Shown here one piece after another: positions 27,585 to 41,394 of a DNA stretch of 64,000 nucleotides. A program made the position numbers and the translations under genes. This DNA comes from Eledone cirrhosa (Eukaryota). The first letter of the stretch is position 1. Each line of letters starts with the position of its first letter. The stretch covers positions 8,990,001 through 9,054,000 of the forward strand of contig OZ024760.1 of the NCBI GenBank assembly GCA_964016885.1. Direction: 5' to 3'. The notes beneath the pieces were generated by a model, which saw nothing but the letters and a program-made list of their open reading frames with translations, did no database searches and was not told the DNA's origin.

Positions 27585-27983
27585 CATACATACTTAGAAA
27601 TATACCACATACATACATATATAAATACATGCATTCATGTATACATACATTCTTACATACATATTACAAGTATAATCCATTAATTGAACAGTAAAAATAT
27701 GTAAAACATTCCAAAAATGTTGCATCTAATAACTGCATATACACATGTACAGATACAAAGCATATACACATGCACACATACAATAACATCCATATCTACA
27801 CATGCATGCATACAACTCAAAACATCCACATGCATACATACAATAACATCCATATCTACACATGCATGCAGACATATCTACCTAGTTGATGTGTAAATTC
27901 CAATGAGAGAGGCTTGTGTCTATGTTAGAAACCGACTCTCTCTCTCTATTGGGAAAAAATTTGTGAAATTATAAAACCAGAAG

Positions 27984-28048
<65 letters not shown>

Positions 28049-28339
28049 AGACACAGACACAGACACAGACACAGACACAGACACAGACGCACACGCACAC
28101 GGACACATTAAGCAAGTCCATTCCAGTTGTACGCCTAATATTATCAGCAAACACGTTTACTATAAGAAGTCATTCATAAAAATAATATTTACGTTAAACA
28201 GCCATTCATTAATTTATAACTATGATTTATAAATGTGGAATTAAGTCATATTTACGCTACGCGTCTCCAATCCTCTGAGCTTTACTTTAGCTGTCATTCA
28301 TAAAAACTTTAATTTTACTCAGTCGTAATGTTTGAACAC

Positions 28340-28682
<343 letters not shown>

Positions 28683-29077
28683 CAGATACATAGATAGATA
28701 GATAGACAAACAGAGAAATTGATAGATAGATAGATAGAGAGAGAGAGATATATATATATATATTTCTTTATTTGCCACAAGGGCGCAAAAAGATGGGGAC
28801 AAATACAGAGTGGGGAGATAGATAGATAGATAGATATGTTTCTTTTATTTGCCACCAGGGCATCAAAAGTGGGACAAGTACAAAGGGGGGGGGGGTTACA
28901 AAACAAGGCGTCCTCAATAAGGAGGAGGCAATAACAAAATATAAAAATAAAATAAAATATAACAGAATAAAATTTATAACAAAATCCTCAATAGAGAGGA
29001 GGCGCCTTGGGGGGTCGCACACACCCCCGAAAAAAAGTGTGCAACCCGTTTTCTTCAGGAGCACAGAGAAGGGTGGG

Positions 29078-29117
<40 letters not shown>

Positions 29118-29252
29118 CAGACAGAAAAAGAGATAGATGTTCCCATGTAACAATGCTACATAGATTTAGCTACAACACGTGACCATGTATGCAGTACTTT
29201 AAAACATGTTTCAATAACAGGGTAAAATAATGGATCGCATACACACACGTAT

Positions 29253-29308
<56 letters not shown>

Positions 29309-29459
29309 TGACATACACATACACACACATATATATACATATACACTGGCATACACACACACACATATATATATACATATACACTGGCATACACATACAC
29401 ACACATACATATATACATTGACACTGACATATTTATATATATATATATATATATATACG

Positions 29460-29636
29460 TTATTCCGGGTTGAATCGGAGGTAACCACAGTAAGTAAGGT
29501 ACTCAATACATAGCAGAGTATAACAGTTTTAATATAGATGAGATTCTACAGGACTAGAACTGTTTCATTCATTAGATTCCTGATGATTTCTAATGAATGA
29601 AACAGTTCTAGTCCTGTAGAATCTCATCTATATTAA

Positions 29637-29640
<4 letters not shown>
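29460..29640. mobile_element. Fold-back element, family F, with a hammerhead-like core at the tip
   Basis: Palindrome 29525-29640; CTGATGA 29580-29586, TTC(TAAT)GAA, GAAAC 29599-29603. A related single arm lies at ~27355-27415. Confidence 0.65.
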
Positions 29641-29672
<32 letters not shown>

Positions 29673-29822
29673 TGACATACACACACACACATATATATAT
29701 ATATATACACTGACATACACATACACACATATATACATATACACTGACATACACATACACACACATACATATATACACTGACACTGACATATTTATATAT
29801 ATATATATATATATACACACTG

Positions 29823-29890
<68 letters not shown>

Positions 29891-29966
29891 TGACATACAC
29901 ATACACACACATACATATATACACTGAAACTCACATATTTATATATATATATATATACTCTGACAT

Positions 29967-29997
<31 letters not shown>

Positions 29998-30011
29998 AAT
30001 ATATATATATA

Positions 30012-30060
<49 letters not shown>

Positions 30061-30189
30061 ATATATACATATATATTTATATATATATACACACTTATAC
30101 ATATATATAAATTTATTATTACTATATATATATACACTGACATACATATATATACATTCACACACATTAGTGATCATATATCTAATTAT

Positions 30190-30470
30190 CATACACACTC
30201 ATGTATATACTGACATACATACACATACACATATACTGACATACATACACACTCATGTATATACTGACATACATACACATACACATATACTGACATACAT
30301 ACACACTCATGTATATACTGACATACATACACATACACATATACTGACATACATACACACTCATGTATATACTGACATACATACACATACACATATACTG
30401 ACATACATACACACTCATGTATATACTGACATACATACACATACACATATACTGACATACATACACACTG
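30190..30470. repeat. 54-bp tandem repeat, ~5 copies
   Basis: The [18 protein letters not shown] 18-aa periodicity reflects a 54-bp unit. Confidence 0.9.
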
Positions 30471-30499
30471 GCATACGCATATATACACGCTGGCATACA

Positions 30500-30860
30500 G
30501 GTGGTAGTGGTAGTTGTAGTAGTGGTTATGATGGTGGTGGTGGTGGTAGTTGTGGTAATGGTAGTTGTGACGGTGGTGGTGGTGGTGGTGGTGGTAGTTG
30601 TGACGGTGGTGGTAGTTGTGGTGGTGGTGGTGGTGGTGGTAATGGTAGTTATGACGGTGGTGGTAGTTGTAGTAGTGGTTATGATGGTGGTGGTGGTGGT
30701 GGTAGGAGTGGTGGTGGTGGTGGTACTGGTAGTTGTGACGGTGGTGGTAGTTGTAGTAGTGGTTATGAATGTGGTGGTGGTGGTGGTGGTAGCTGTGGCA
30801 ATGGTAGTTGTGACGGTGGTGGTAGTGGTAGTGGTAGCAGTACTGGTGGTTGTATTAGTA
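30500..30860. repeat. (GGT)n-rich low-complexity tract
   Basis: Directly visible. Confidence 0.9.
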
Positions 30861-31039
30861 GTGATTAGTGATCAGATCTGACCAATGGAAACATCCTTTC
30901 CCTGGTCCGAACTATGTAGAGATACTATCAGCAGATTGCGTGAAGACATTTATGAAAGACGTCTAGCTGGCTGATGTGTGACCTTTGTGGAGTCCAAGAT
31001 TCTAACCCATATAAGAGTGTGGTCAATACAACTTTATAA

Positions 31040-32730
31040 ACCTGTATCTTGGTGTCCAGTGTTCCAAAGGCAATGGCGGAACTTGCCAAACACACTCGTG
31101 GCTTTGCCCTATATGATTGATTATCTCGTCATCAAGATATGCGTTTGAGTTCACCTTACTGTCAAGATATGTGAACAAGTTCACATACTTGAGATTCTTC
31201 CCATCGATCTTTATAAGGGTGTCTGGAAACTGGTGAGCTGGTGGTTTCTGTTTGACACATTGTATTGGTTTCGGCATACAGCATGGCTGGTGATTCGCCT
31301 CTTTTTTCTTTATGCTGATGGTAAACTCGAAGGCTTTAATTGCAACAGAAAAGTGTTTACGTGTCCCTGGGATTCCTCTAAAGATGTTGCTACAAGTGCA
31401 GCTACATCTGCAAAAAGGAGATTGTGACTGATACTGGTCCGTAGATGTGTCTTAGTTTTAAATTGTTAATGGTTGAAGAGTTTGCCACTAGTTCGAAATT
31501 GAAATCTAACAATTGTGGCTTTTTCAGCAAAGCCATATTTCAGCATCACTGAGAAGAAAAGTGCAAAAAGAACTGGAGCGATGATACAGCCTTGTCTTGT
31601 GCCATTTTTCCCCATCAATCTGACAACTCTCTCATCAGATAAAACAGCAGCTGTCATGCCCTCGCGAGAGAAGTCAATGAGGTTCAGCATCTTGTCAGGT
31701 ATTCCAAGCTTCTTTAGAACTTTCCAGAGTGGTTGCCGATCTACCAACACTACATTCAGCTCCTGATTTCTCCCACAGACCTTCTCAGAAACTTGACGAA
31801 GAGAAACGATCGTGCCACGGCCTGAACGAAAGCCACACTACGATACAGGGTAAATATTATCGACAATATATTTGATGATCCTATTGAGTATCAGCCTGTT
31901 TAAGATATTACCAGCAATTTGACAGAAGTGATATCTCACGATGGTTATCACATACACTCCCCTATTCCCTTTCTTCTTGTAGAAACGTTTGATAGACGCG
32001 TCCTTGTAGCCCCGGGAAACACCGACAGGCTTCCAAATTGTTTTGAAGGGCTCGTGCAGTTTCCTAATCAGCTTTTGTCTAACATACTTATAAATCTATA
32101 GTGGAATAGCGTCCCTGTCGGGTGCTGCTTTATTGCAGGAAATGTGCTTGATGGACTCCTTCACTTCCTACCAGATGTTGGGAAATGGGAGCTATGACGT
32201 CATCATCAGAGGCGGAGGTAGAATTCAATACAGTTTCAAAGTGCTCTTTCCATCTTTTCAAGATATCCGACTTATCTGTCAGAAATGTCTGCCCACCATA
32301 TGAGAGAACCATCGAGACACCACTCCCTTAAAGACCATACACCTTCCTCAGGCCATCATAGAAGGCCTTAGAGTCATTTCTATCTGTAACTTGTTGGAGT
32401 TCAATAGCTTTTCCAAACCACCAAACCTCTTTCATTTTCGTGAGAATGCGTTGAACTTTGAATCTTGTACTTTCTCCATGTCTGCTGTTTAATTGATGAG
32501 TTCCTATAATTTACCCACATTTTGTGCGGGCTGTGTATTTGTTGGATTAACAGCTGAACCTTGATGTTGTTATCATCAAACCAATCCTGGTTCTTCTGTA
32601 CAAGTAGTCCGAGAAGTTCTAGGGAGGCCGAGTGTGTAGCATCTCGGAGAGTCTTCCAAGATGATTCAGTGTCCTTAGTGATTTCAACAGAGTCAAAACC
32701 AGTGTCCAGTTTCAGAGCTCAGTTTGTTTC
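31040..32730 (-). mobile_element. Decayed RTE (BovB-like) LINE, reverse transcriptase region
   Basis: Minus-strand fragments [85 protein letters not shown]; many frameshifts. Confidence 0.88.
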
Positions 32731-32759
32731 TCACGTGTTTATATATATATATATATACA

Positions 32760-32864
<105 letters not shown>

Positions 32865-32907
32865 TATATATATATATATATATATACAGATATATATATA
32901 TATATAC

Positions 32908-32948
<41 letters not shown>

Positions 32949-32991
32949 TATATAGATTTATACAGATATATATATATAGATATATATATAT

Positions 32992-33028
<37 letters not shown>

Positions 33029-33246
33029 TATATAGATATATATATATATAGATATATAGATATATATATATATAGATATATAGATATATATATATATATA
33101 TATATAGATATAGATATATATATATATAGATATATACAGTTATATAGATATATAGATATATACAGATATATAGATATAGATATATATATGTTGATTTAAC
33201 ACTTCACTGCTCGCAAGTGTTTTTTAAGCTTCATATCATGTCTCCC

Positions 33247-33317
33247 TATTTTATCTGATGAGAACGCAAATATCATCCCATGATGATATTTGTTTTTGAA
33301 ATGCGCATAATAAAATA
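33247..33317 (+). ncRNA. Minimal type I hammerhead ribozyme (family E element, ~33190-33350)
   Basis: TATTTTAT-CTGATGA(33255-33261)-long helix II (CAAATATCATC/GATGATATTTG)-GAAA(33298-33301)-TGCGCA-TA^ATAAAATA; perfect 8-bp helix I. Confidence 0.85.
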
Positions 33318-33347
33318 CATGTAACTCTTTTAACCATCTTTTGATTT

Positions 33348-33411
<64 letters not shown>

Positions 33412-33435
33412 CACATACATACATACATACATACA

Positions 33436-33469
<34 letters not shown>

Positions 33470-33790
33470 CATACATACATACATACATACATACACAGAG
33501 CGTACTTCTCCGAAAGAAAGTAGGTTGTAAAAAACCAATAATCCGAGATAACAAAAGCAATGAGAAAGTTCAATAACTATTGATAGCTCAGTAATTTGAT
33601 AGATTACCTGTTACTTACTTTTGACGGAATACTCCACCATTTTACAACTAGCAACCTTCATTTCCGTTTTATGACATTGTTATCGTCTGTTTCTTTCACA
33701 GACTGTCGTCTGCTCCATAGAGAATATCTTCCTCTCCCCATCCCACCTCTATATTCTGTAGTGTGCTGTAGTTTACCTATCTTTCTTTTC

Positions 33791-33833
<43 letters not shown>

Positions 33834-33836
33834 TGC

Positions 33837-33893
<57 letters not shown>

Positions 33894-33987
33894 ATATATG
33901 TATATCACTATCTTATTCTCTCCCTATATATACAGTGTATATATATATATATATATATCACTATCTTATTCTCTCCCTATATATACA

Positions 33988-34067
<80 letters not shown>

Positions 34068-34069
<2 letters not shown>

Positions 34070-34650
34070 TAGTCGAATTACCCGCGCCTTGCTGCGTTCC
34101 ACACATTTTTTTTTTTTTTTTGTAAGAAAATGATGATTGATTTTAAATCAGTGTTATAATTTATGGAGAAAAACTCTGCATTTCAATATTACTCAATGTA
34201 AAATGTAATGCATGAACAATTGGAAAACATTATTTTTTGTAATATATCAAATCAAAATTACATTATTAAATCTTATTCTTATTTTGTTTCTTGTAAATAA
34301 TTTTTTTCATAATATCAATTCAAACTTTTGTGAATAGGCATCATATCTTGTCATTTGCCTATAAATAGAAGGGAAAAAAAATTTCAGCAGGGGTTTTGAT
34401 TAAAATAAAATATACTTATCCAAGTACCCTGGGCAATGTAGTTTCAGGATATATATGGTTATGGGGGTCTATCTCCAAAACCATAGAAGTTCGTGAAATC
34501 TTGTTCCATTTATTGGCCAAAATTTTCACTATAGGGAGTTTAACCTCCATTAGGGTGTCTTAATATTATTGAAATTTGCTGAAATTTTGTGAATAGACAT
34601 CATATCTTGTCATTTACCTATGGTTTAAATTTCATATAAATCGAAAGGAA
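34068..34650 (+). mobile_element. Possible non-autonomous Helitron/Helentron-like element
   Basis: Starts TACTAG...TTACCCGCGCCTTGCTGCG after (TA)n; contains AAATTTCATATAAATCG and an internal direct repeat TTTTGTGAATAG(G/A)CATCATATCTTGTCATTT. Family call is by resemblance only. Confidence 0.35.
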
Positions 34651-34654
34651 AAAG

Positions 34655-34852
34655 TATAACTGTACTTGGATTTGTGGACAAAGAGCTCAGCTCCCTAATT
34701 CATGGACTACAAATGACTGCGATAGCTGGCACCTTCAAAATTCGCAAAACATTCTTGCAATTCAAGGGATGACAATTTCTTTTCTTTTATAACCTTACCA
34801 ACAGGAAGGTGGTTGGTCAAAAATGTACTCGAAATTCAGAGAAAGAGAATAA
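34655..34852 (+). mobile_element. R4/Dong-like LINE 3' end
   Basis: Reads ...LQMTAIAGTFKIRKTFLQFKG*, typical of the C-terminus after the restriction-like endonuclease; short UTR, then (CATA)n. Confidence 0.55.
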
Positions 34853-34871
34853 CATACATACATACATACAT

Positions 34872-35950
34872 TAAACCCCTTGTCCTTTCAGCTCAAGAAA
34901 TGTGAAGGATATATCATTGACTCACAAGAGGGCAGAAATACGAACCTAGCCCATAATTACTTTGTGGATGACCTCGAACTCTCTGCCAAGAACATAAATG
35001 GGATGAAGAAAAATCTTGACCTGGTTACAACATTCTCAAAAGATATAGGAATGGAGTTTGGCCAAGATAAATGTTCATATATGACTGTAAAGCGGGGGAA
35101 AACCCAATCTAGCAATATCTTTATTAATGGCCTAACTATTTCACCGATATCTGACGAGGACTGCTACAGATACCTGGAGATAGATGGGAATATATCCTAT
35201 AATGGTATCTGTAATAAGGAACGCGTAACCAGGGAATATTACACCCGATTAAGAAAAATATGGTTATCGGAACTCTCTGCGCACAATAAAACAGAGGCTC
35301 AAGATGTGTTTGTTGTGTCTGTCCTAACACCAGCGATTGGAATACTCGATTGGATGATAGACGAGATCCGAGCAATTGATGTTAGGACGCGAAAAATTCT
35401 AAACAACACCGGAAACTTCCACATCAACATTGACATAGACCGCCTCTACTTGAAATGTAAGCAGGGAGGCAGAGGCCTAACATCAGTCCAGGCAGCATTT
35501 GAGTGTCGCATCATATCCCTCCGACAACATCTACGAAGCTCGAAGCCTAGGAGCCCATCTATTGGGCAAGTCTGTCTGCATGAGACAGATAAGATCGTGA
35601 AAGTTGGGAAGGAGCTCCTTGAAAGATACTCCCTGCATGATAATCAAAAACTCACACCCAGGGAAATTGCCCAGCAGTACCGCAGCGAATCCATGGATGA
35701 AAAACTGCATGCTTATCAGCAAAAATTCATGCATGGATATGTTGCCAGGAAGCTCCAGAGTGAGGGTAATGTAGGTAAGCAAAGTAGTCTATCTTGGACC
35801 AACAACCGCTATATTGGCTCCCACTTTGAAGGATGCGCTTTTGCAATCCAAGATCAGGAAATCAACACGAAATTCCTGATTCACAAAAGAGATAGGGGTG
35901 TAGGCAAAACACCTAGATGTGATAACAAGTGCAGACTCCGGGAAAGGCAC
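34872..35950 (+). mobile_element. R4/Dong-like non-LTR retrotransposon, 5'-truncated RT fragment (open ~355 aa)
   Basis: FVDDLEL, DIGMEFGQDKC, YRYLEI, RLRKIWLSELSAHNK, IDRLYLKCKQGGRGL, FAIQDQEINT, KCRL; breaks at a minisatellite. Confidence 0.85.
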
Positions 35951-35954
35951 CATA

Positions 35955-36550
35955 AGCAAATGACTCCGCCCCACCACGCCAAATGACTCCGCCCCACCAC
36001 CACGCATTATGCCAAATGACTACGCCCCATCACACCAAATGACTCCGCCCACCACGCCAAGTGGCTCCGCCCCATCACACCAAATGACTCCGCCCACCAC
36101 GCCAAGTGGCTCCGCCCCACCACACCAAATGACTTCGCCCCACCACGCCAAATGACTCCGCCCCACCACCACGCATTATGCCAAATGACTACGCCCCATC
36201 ACACCAAATGACTCCGCCCACCACGCCAAATGTCTCCGCCCCACCTCGCCAAATGACTCCGCCCCACCACCACACATTACGTCACCACGCCAAATGACTC
36301 CGCCCCACCTCGCCAAATGACTCCGCCCCACCACCACACATTACGTCACCACGCCAAATGACTCCGCCCCATCACACCAAATGACTCCGCCCCATCACAC
36401 CAAATGACTTCGCCCCACCACGCCAAATGACTCCGCCCCACCACCACACCACGCCAAATGACTCCGCCCCATCACACCAAATGACTCCGCCCCACCACGC
36501 CAAATGACTCCGCCGCTCCACCTTACATCACACCACCTAGCCAAATGCCT
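35955..36550. repeat. ~23-bp C-rich minisatellite (GCCAAATGACTCCGCCCCACCAC)
   Basis: CAAATGACTCCGCCC recurs with small variants about 20 times. Confidence 0.92.
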
Positions 36551-36686
36551 CCCCCCCCCCACACACACACACCACCACCACCACCACCACACGCAATTTA
36601 ATACTTTGAAGTGATTGTTTGGTAAGTTAATATTGTTATTTGATAGGAGTGGGGGAGGGGTATGAGTGTATCCGTTTCTTTTTATA

Positions 36687-36737
<51 letters not shown>

Positions 36738-37216
36738 ATGTATGTGCGTGTGTGCATGTGAAAGGGCGTATATGTATAAATGCGGGTGCGCATGTGTGTG
36801 TAGAGAGAGAAGGAGAGAGAGAGTGAGAGAGAGAGAGAGAGAAACCGTATGTTTGTTTTGCATGTGTGTGTGTGTGGAGAGGAGGAGAGTTAGAGGGAGA
36901 GAGAGAAATAGGGGGAGAGAGGGAGGGAGAGAGGGAAAGAGAGGAAGAGAGAGAGAGAGAGAAGGATAGAGGGAAAGAGAGGAAGAAAGAGAGAGAGAGA
37001 GACAGAAAGGGAGAGAAAGAGAGGAAGAGAGAGAGAGAGAAAGAAGGATAGAGGGAAAGAGAGGAAGAGAGAGAGAGAGACAGAAAGGGAGAGAGAAAGA
37101 AAGAAAGAGAAAGAAAGAGAGAAAGCCGTATTCATTTTGCTGCTACTGGACTGTTTACCAGACAGATATTTATTTATATCATAATACCAATTGTAATTAT
37201 ACATACGTTGTAAATA

Positions 37217-37272
<56 letters not shown>

Positions 37273-37566
37273 AGGGGATAAAGATAGATATATTTAAACC
37301 TCATGAGAAATTCGTCCTTGAGTAACGTGAATCTGATTAACACATATAAACATAGCGAAGGGAAAATACTCCCAACTATTACCCTGAAGTGGTAAATGTA
37401 TTAAACAGCAACACGGTGGAATGTTTGAGACCCTTCACAATAATCTTAGTCGATGTAGCGAGCTCAGATTACACCAGCGTCACCCCCTCCGGTCCATTGA
37501 CTTGAAATCGTGTTCAGATCACCAGGAGCTAAAATGAAATCAGTTTTAAATTACCAATGTATGTAG

Positions 37567-37866
37567 CAGAGGCATAACTAGGTAAAATAGCCCCTGTGGC
37601 ACGCAATCGAATTGCACCCCCTGCCCAGCACTCTATTTTTACCTATGGGCCTAATAATCTATATAAATGGTTGAATGATTCAGCCACCATTGTATTTCTC
37701 ACCCATGATAATCAGAGATAGATCATACATCTAAAGGAGTTTCTGTTTTCACTCTCCAACGAAGCCTATTTGACTTTAATAGAACGTGTTTCTAATCCAA
37801 GTGGCGCCCCCTTTATGTGACGCCCTTGGCACGTGCCATGCTTGCCCTACCCTAGTTACGTCTCTG
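37567..37866. mobile_element. 300-bp hAT-like MITE
   Basis: TIRs CAGAGGCATAACTAGG / CCTAGTTACGTCTCTG (14/16 match); imperfect duplication GTATGTAG ... GTATGTAC, offset by 3 nt. Confidence 0.65.
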
Positions 37867-38529
37867 GTGGTATGTACTAGAAGGTCTATAGCAATATGTG
37901 TGAAACTATTTAAGCTTTAATAACAATCTCTAAGATCCATGAAAGGTTACAACTTCAAATGTGTAAGTATATAGTCGAGTGAGCTGACCTCAGGATATAA
38001 CAGGTATCGTATTTAGTGACGATACAAAAAAGTGCACAGCTGACTCCTCCTCCTGTTTGAAATGCCGAAGATGGGGGGTTAAAAGGCCAATAGGCAGTTA
38101 GTACGAATGTTCTGCTATTCATGCCAATCCAATCCATTTCAGATCAGTTCACACTAATCCACGCTACCCCTCCCGCCACTTCATAGTTTAATAACAAATC
38201 GAATTTCTCGATTCTAAACAGTGACGGCTTTGCGAAGCAGGGTTATATATTTTGACAGAGTTCTGGCAATTCTTGGAAACATTTCAAATGTAAATAGTCA
38301 GATTTGGTCAATAGATTCCTTGTGGTGATATAAATAAGTAAATGTGTTCACCACCTCGATTTACCGCTTCGATTTACTTGAGCCAATGACGGAGCTTGCG
38401 AATCACTGAGGGAGCCCCTGAGCAGCCACTCGACTTACATTTTGCATGGTATATGCAGTAACTCCGGGGACTGCTAAGATCGAGACGTAGTTAATGTTCC
38501 TGTTGAACAAACGGAGACACATTATAAAA

Positions 38530-39530
38530 GGGCGGTGGATTGGCAGTATCAGTAGAGGGTCGGACGCCATGTTAGGGCGGTGGATTGGCAGTATCAGTAG
38601 AGGGTCGGACGCCATGTTAGGGCGGTGGATTGGCAGTATCGGTAGAGGGTCGGACGCCATGTTAGGGCGGTGGATTGGCAGTATCGGTAGAGGGTCGGAC
38701 GCCATGTTAGGGCGGTGGATTGGCAGTATCGGTAGAGGGTCGGACGCCATGTTAGGGCGGTGGATTGGCAGTATCGGTAGAGGGTCGGACGCCATGTTAG
38801 GGCGGTGTATTGGCAGTATCAGTAGAGGGTCGGACGCCATGTTAGGGCGGTGGATTGGCAGTATCGGTAGAGGGTCGGACGCCATGTTAGGGCGGTGGAT
38901 TGGCAGTATCAGTAGAGGGTCGGACGCCATGTTAGGGCGGTGGATTGGCAGTATCGGTAGAGGGTCGGACGCCATGTTAGGGCGGTGGATTGGCAGTATC
39001 GGTAGAGGGTCGGACGCCATGTTAGGGCGGTGGATTGGCAGTATCGGTAGAGGGTCGGACGCCATGTTAGGGCGGTGGATTGGCAGTATCGGTAGAGGGT
39101 CGGACGCCATGTTAGGGCGGTGTATTGGCAGTATCAGTAGAGGGTCGGACGCCATGTTAGGGCGGTGGATTGGCAGTATCGGTAGAGGGTCGGACGCCAT
39201 GTTAGGGCGGTGGATTGGCAGTATCAGTAGAGGGTCGGACGCCATGTTAGGGCGGTGGATTGGCAGTATCGGTAGAGGGTCGGACGCCATGTTAGGGCGG
39301 TGTATTGGCAGTATCAGTAGAGGGTCGGACGCCATGTTAGGGCGGTGGATTGGCAGTATCGGTAGAGGGTCGGACGCCATGCTTTCCAGCATAGTTACGT
39401 CCCTTTACGATCTGAGTTCAAATCCCGCCGAGGTTAACTTTGCCTTTCATCCTTACGGAGTCGATAAAATAAAGTACCAGTAATACACTGGGTAATTGCT
39501 GTCCTTGTTCCTAAAGTAGAAACAATTGTT
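38530..39530 (+). mobile_element. SINE family 1 preceded by 19 tandem copies of its 45-bp 5' head
   Basis: Unit GGCGGTGGATTGGCAGTATCGGTAGAGGGTCGGACGCCATGTTAG x19; the last unit continues into the SINE body to GTAGAAACAATT. Confidence 0.9.
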
Positions 39531-39607
39531 AAGAAGTGTCCTGTAAAAAGCTGAAGTATATGGAAGAGCTGAGACGCACACAAAGTAAATCTAAGAAGAG
39601 AAAATCA

Positions 39608-39895
39608 TTTGGTGGCGTAACCTATATAGTATATTTGGTGGAGTCACCTGTATATTTGGTGGCGTAACCTATATAGTATATTTGGTGGAGTCACCTGTAT
39701 ATTTGGTGGAGTCACCTGTATATTTGGTGGAGTCACCTGTATATTTGGTGGAGTCACCTCTATATTTGGTGGCGTAACCTATATAGTATATTTGGTGGAG
39801 TCACCTATACAGTATATTTGGTGGAGTCACCTATACAGTATATTTGGTGGAGTCTCCTATACAGTATATTTGGTGGAGTCACCTATATAGTATGA
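39608..39895. repeat. 21/26-bp minisatellite (ATATTTGGTGGAGTCACCT...)
   Basis: About 12 units visible. Confidence 0.9.
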
Positions 39896-40698
39896 ACGCA
39901 ATTTCAAATAGGAAAGGAATCTCCTGTCCCTCTTAAAAAAAAGTATTCCTTATAATATAAAAGCACCACAAGATTTTCAGTAAAAACAACGTAAATATCA
40001 ACTATAGATACTTAAATAATAAAGACTCCCAAATCTGCCACCATGAGAAAATCTCAGGAATCCTACACCACCCCGACCGTCTTCATGTTCTCAAGAATCC
40101 TACACCACCCCAACCGTCTTCATCTAACTACAAAAATGCCCAATTACAATATAATTATGATATACAGCCACGATAATACCAATGGGTGGTATTGAAATAG
40201 TTTATATAAGGCGTACTGAAAACACTTTTAAAACACGGTGTAGACAGCACATTCATTCCTTCAGACCCTTAGAATCAACTCAACGTCATATCATCATTAT
40301 CAATACGTCTGAGTATGGACAATAACATTTGAGTACTGTCGAAAATCTACGTTCTAAGAAAACACACACACACTCTAGCTATCTGTCCGTCTGTCTGTTT
40401 ATATATCTCTCCATCTCTCTGTCTATTTCTCTATTTATCTATCAATCAATATATCTATTTTTCTATCTTTCTATCTATCTATCCATCTATCCATCTATCC
40501 ATCTATTTCTCCATCTATCCTTCTATTTCCCTATCTGCCCATCTATCTATCTATCTATCTATCTATTTATCTATTTATCTATCTTACATATTTATAGTTT
40601 TTTTTTATAATCCCGTTACTAAGCATGTTGACACTAACCTTCAGAACTGTCCGTCTGCCTGTCAGCCTACATGTCTGTCTGTCTGTCTGTCAGCCTGA

Positions 40699-40755
<57 letters not shown>

Positions 40756-40906
40756 ATTTTTATTTCTGTCTGTCCACCACGTAATTATTTCCAGTGAGCT
40801 GTTTAATGATTTCTGCAATAATCATGTTAAGAGAAACTAAAAACAGATGAGTTGTTGTATGAAACACGTGACTAATCGTAGCGAAACTTCAATGGAATAA
40901 TAATAA

Positions 40907-40984
40907 CTCAGACCATAAAGGGCCGTAACTCTATGCTGCAAAGCATGGCGTCCGACCCTCTACCGATACTGCCAATCCACCGCT
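40907..40984 (-). mobile_element. SINE family 1, 5' fragment
   Basis: Reverse complement of the head up to the B-box start. Confidence 0.75.
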
Positions 40985-40994
40985 CTTATAATAA

Positions 40995-41040
<46 letters not shown>

Positions 41041-41155
41041 AGACTTTGGGAGGGTCATGTTGCCAATACAAACACACGCACCTGTTGATTTTCACTTCAA
41101 TTTATTATAAATTTCCGGTTGGCTGGTTCTAGAACCGGAAGTTTGTTTATATATT

Positions 41156-41198
41156 GTCAAAGCTCTTTCGTCACACATTCTGCGACCTCTTCAGTGAC
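41156..41198 (-). ncRNA. Minimal hammerhead ribozyme-like motif
   Basis: Minus strand: GTCA-CTGAAGA-G-GTCGCA(GAATG)TGTGAC-GAAA-GAGC-TT^TGAC; helix I GTCA/TGAC. Confidence 0.6.
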
Positions 41199-41394
41199 TA
41201 GGTTTTTATTTTGTGTGCCTCTCCTTTGTTCTGTCTTACACCATCTTGTTTTTGTGTGTTGTGTGATGAATGCTTAGTTTGCGCATGCGTTACATCCGGG
41301 TGTGTGTGTATACATATAATATATCAGTTCTCAATTCTGACTGAACAGTTTTCATTTTCACATTTTCACACCTAGTGATATATTACTACATATA

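Noticed and set aside
30500-30868. Gly/Cys-rich structural protein exon (GGGSC repeats)
   Set aside because: Degenerate (GGT)n tract between microsatellite and repeat remnants; no convincing donor site or unique coding sequence.
38570-39345. TTAGGG at each 45-bp unit junction as a telomerase-added repeat
   Set aside because: A single hexamer partly formed by the SINE's own first bases and never tandem; chance is sufficient.
38403-39483. 329-aa repeat ORFs on both strands
   Set aside because: By-product of a stop-free 45-bp unit derived from a SINE head; no splice or coding evidence.
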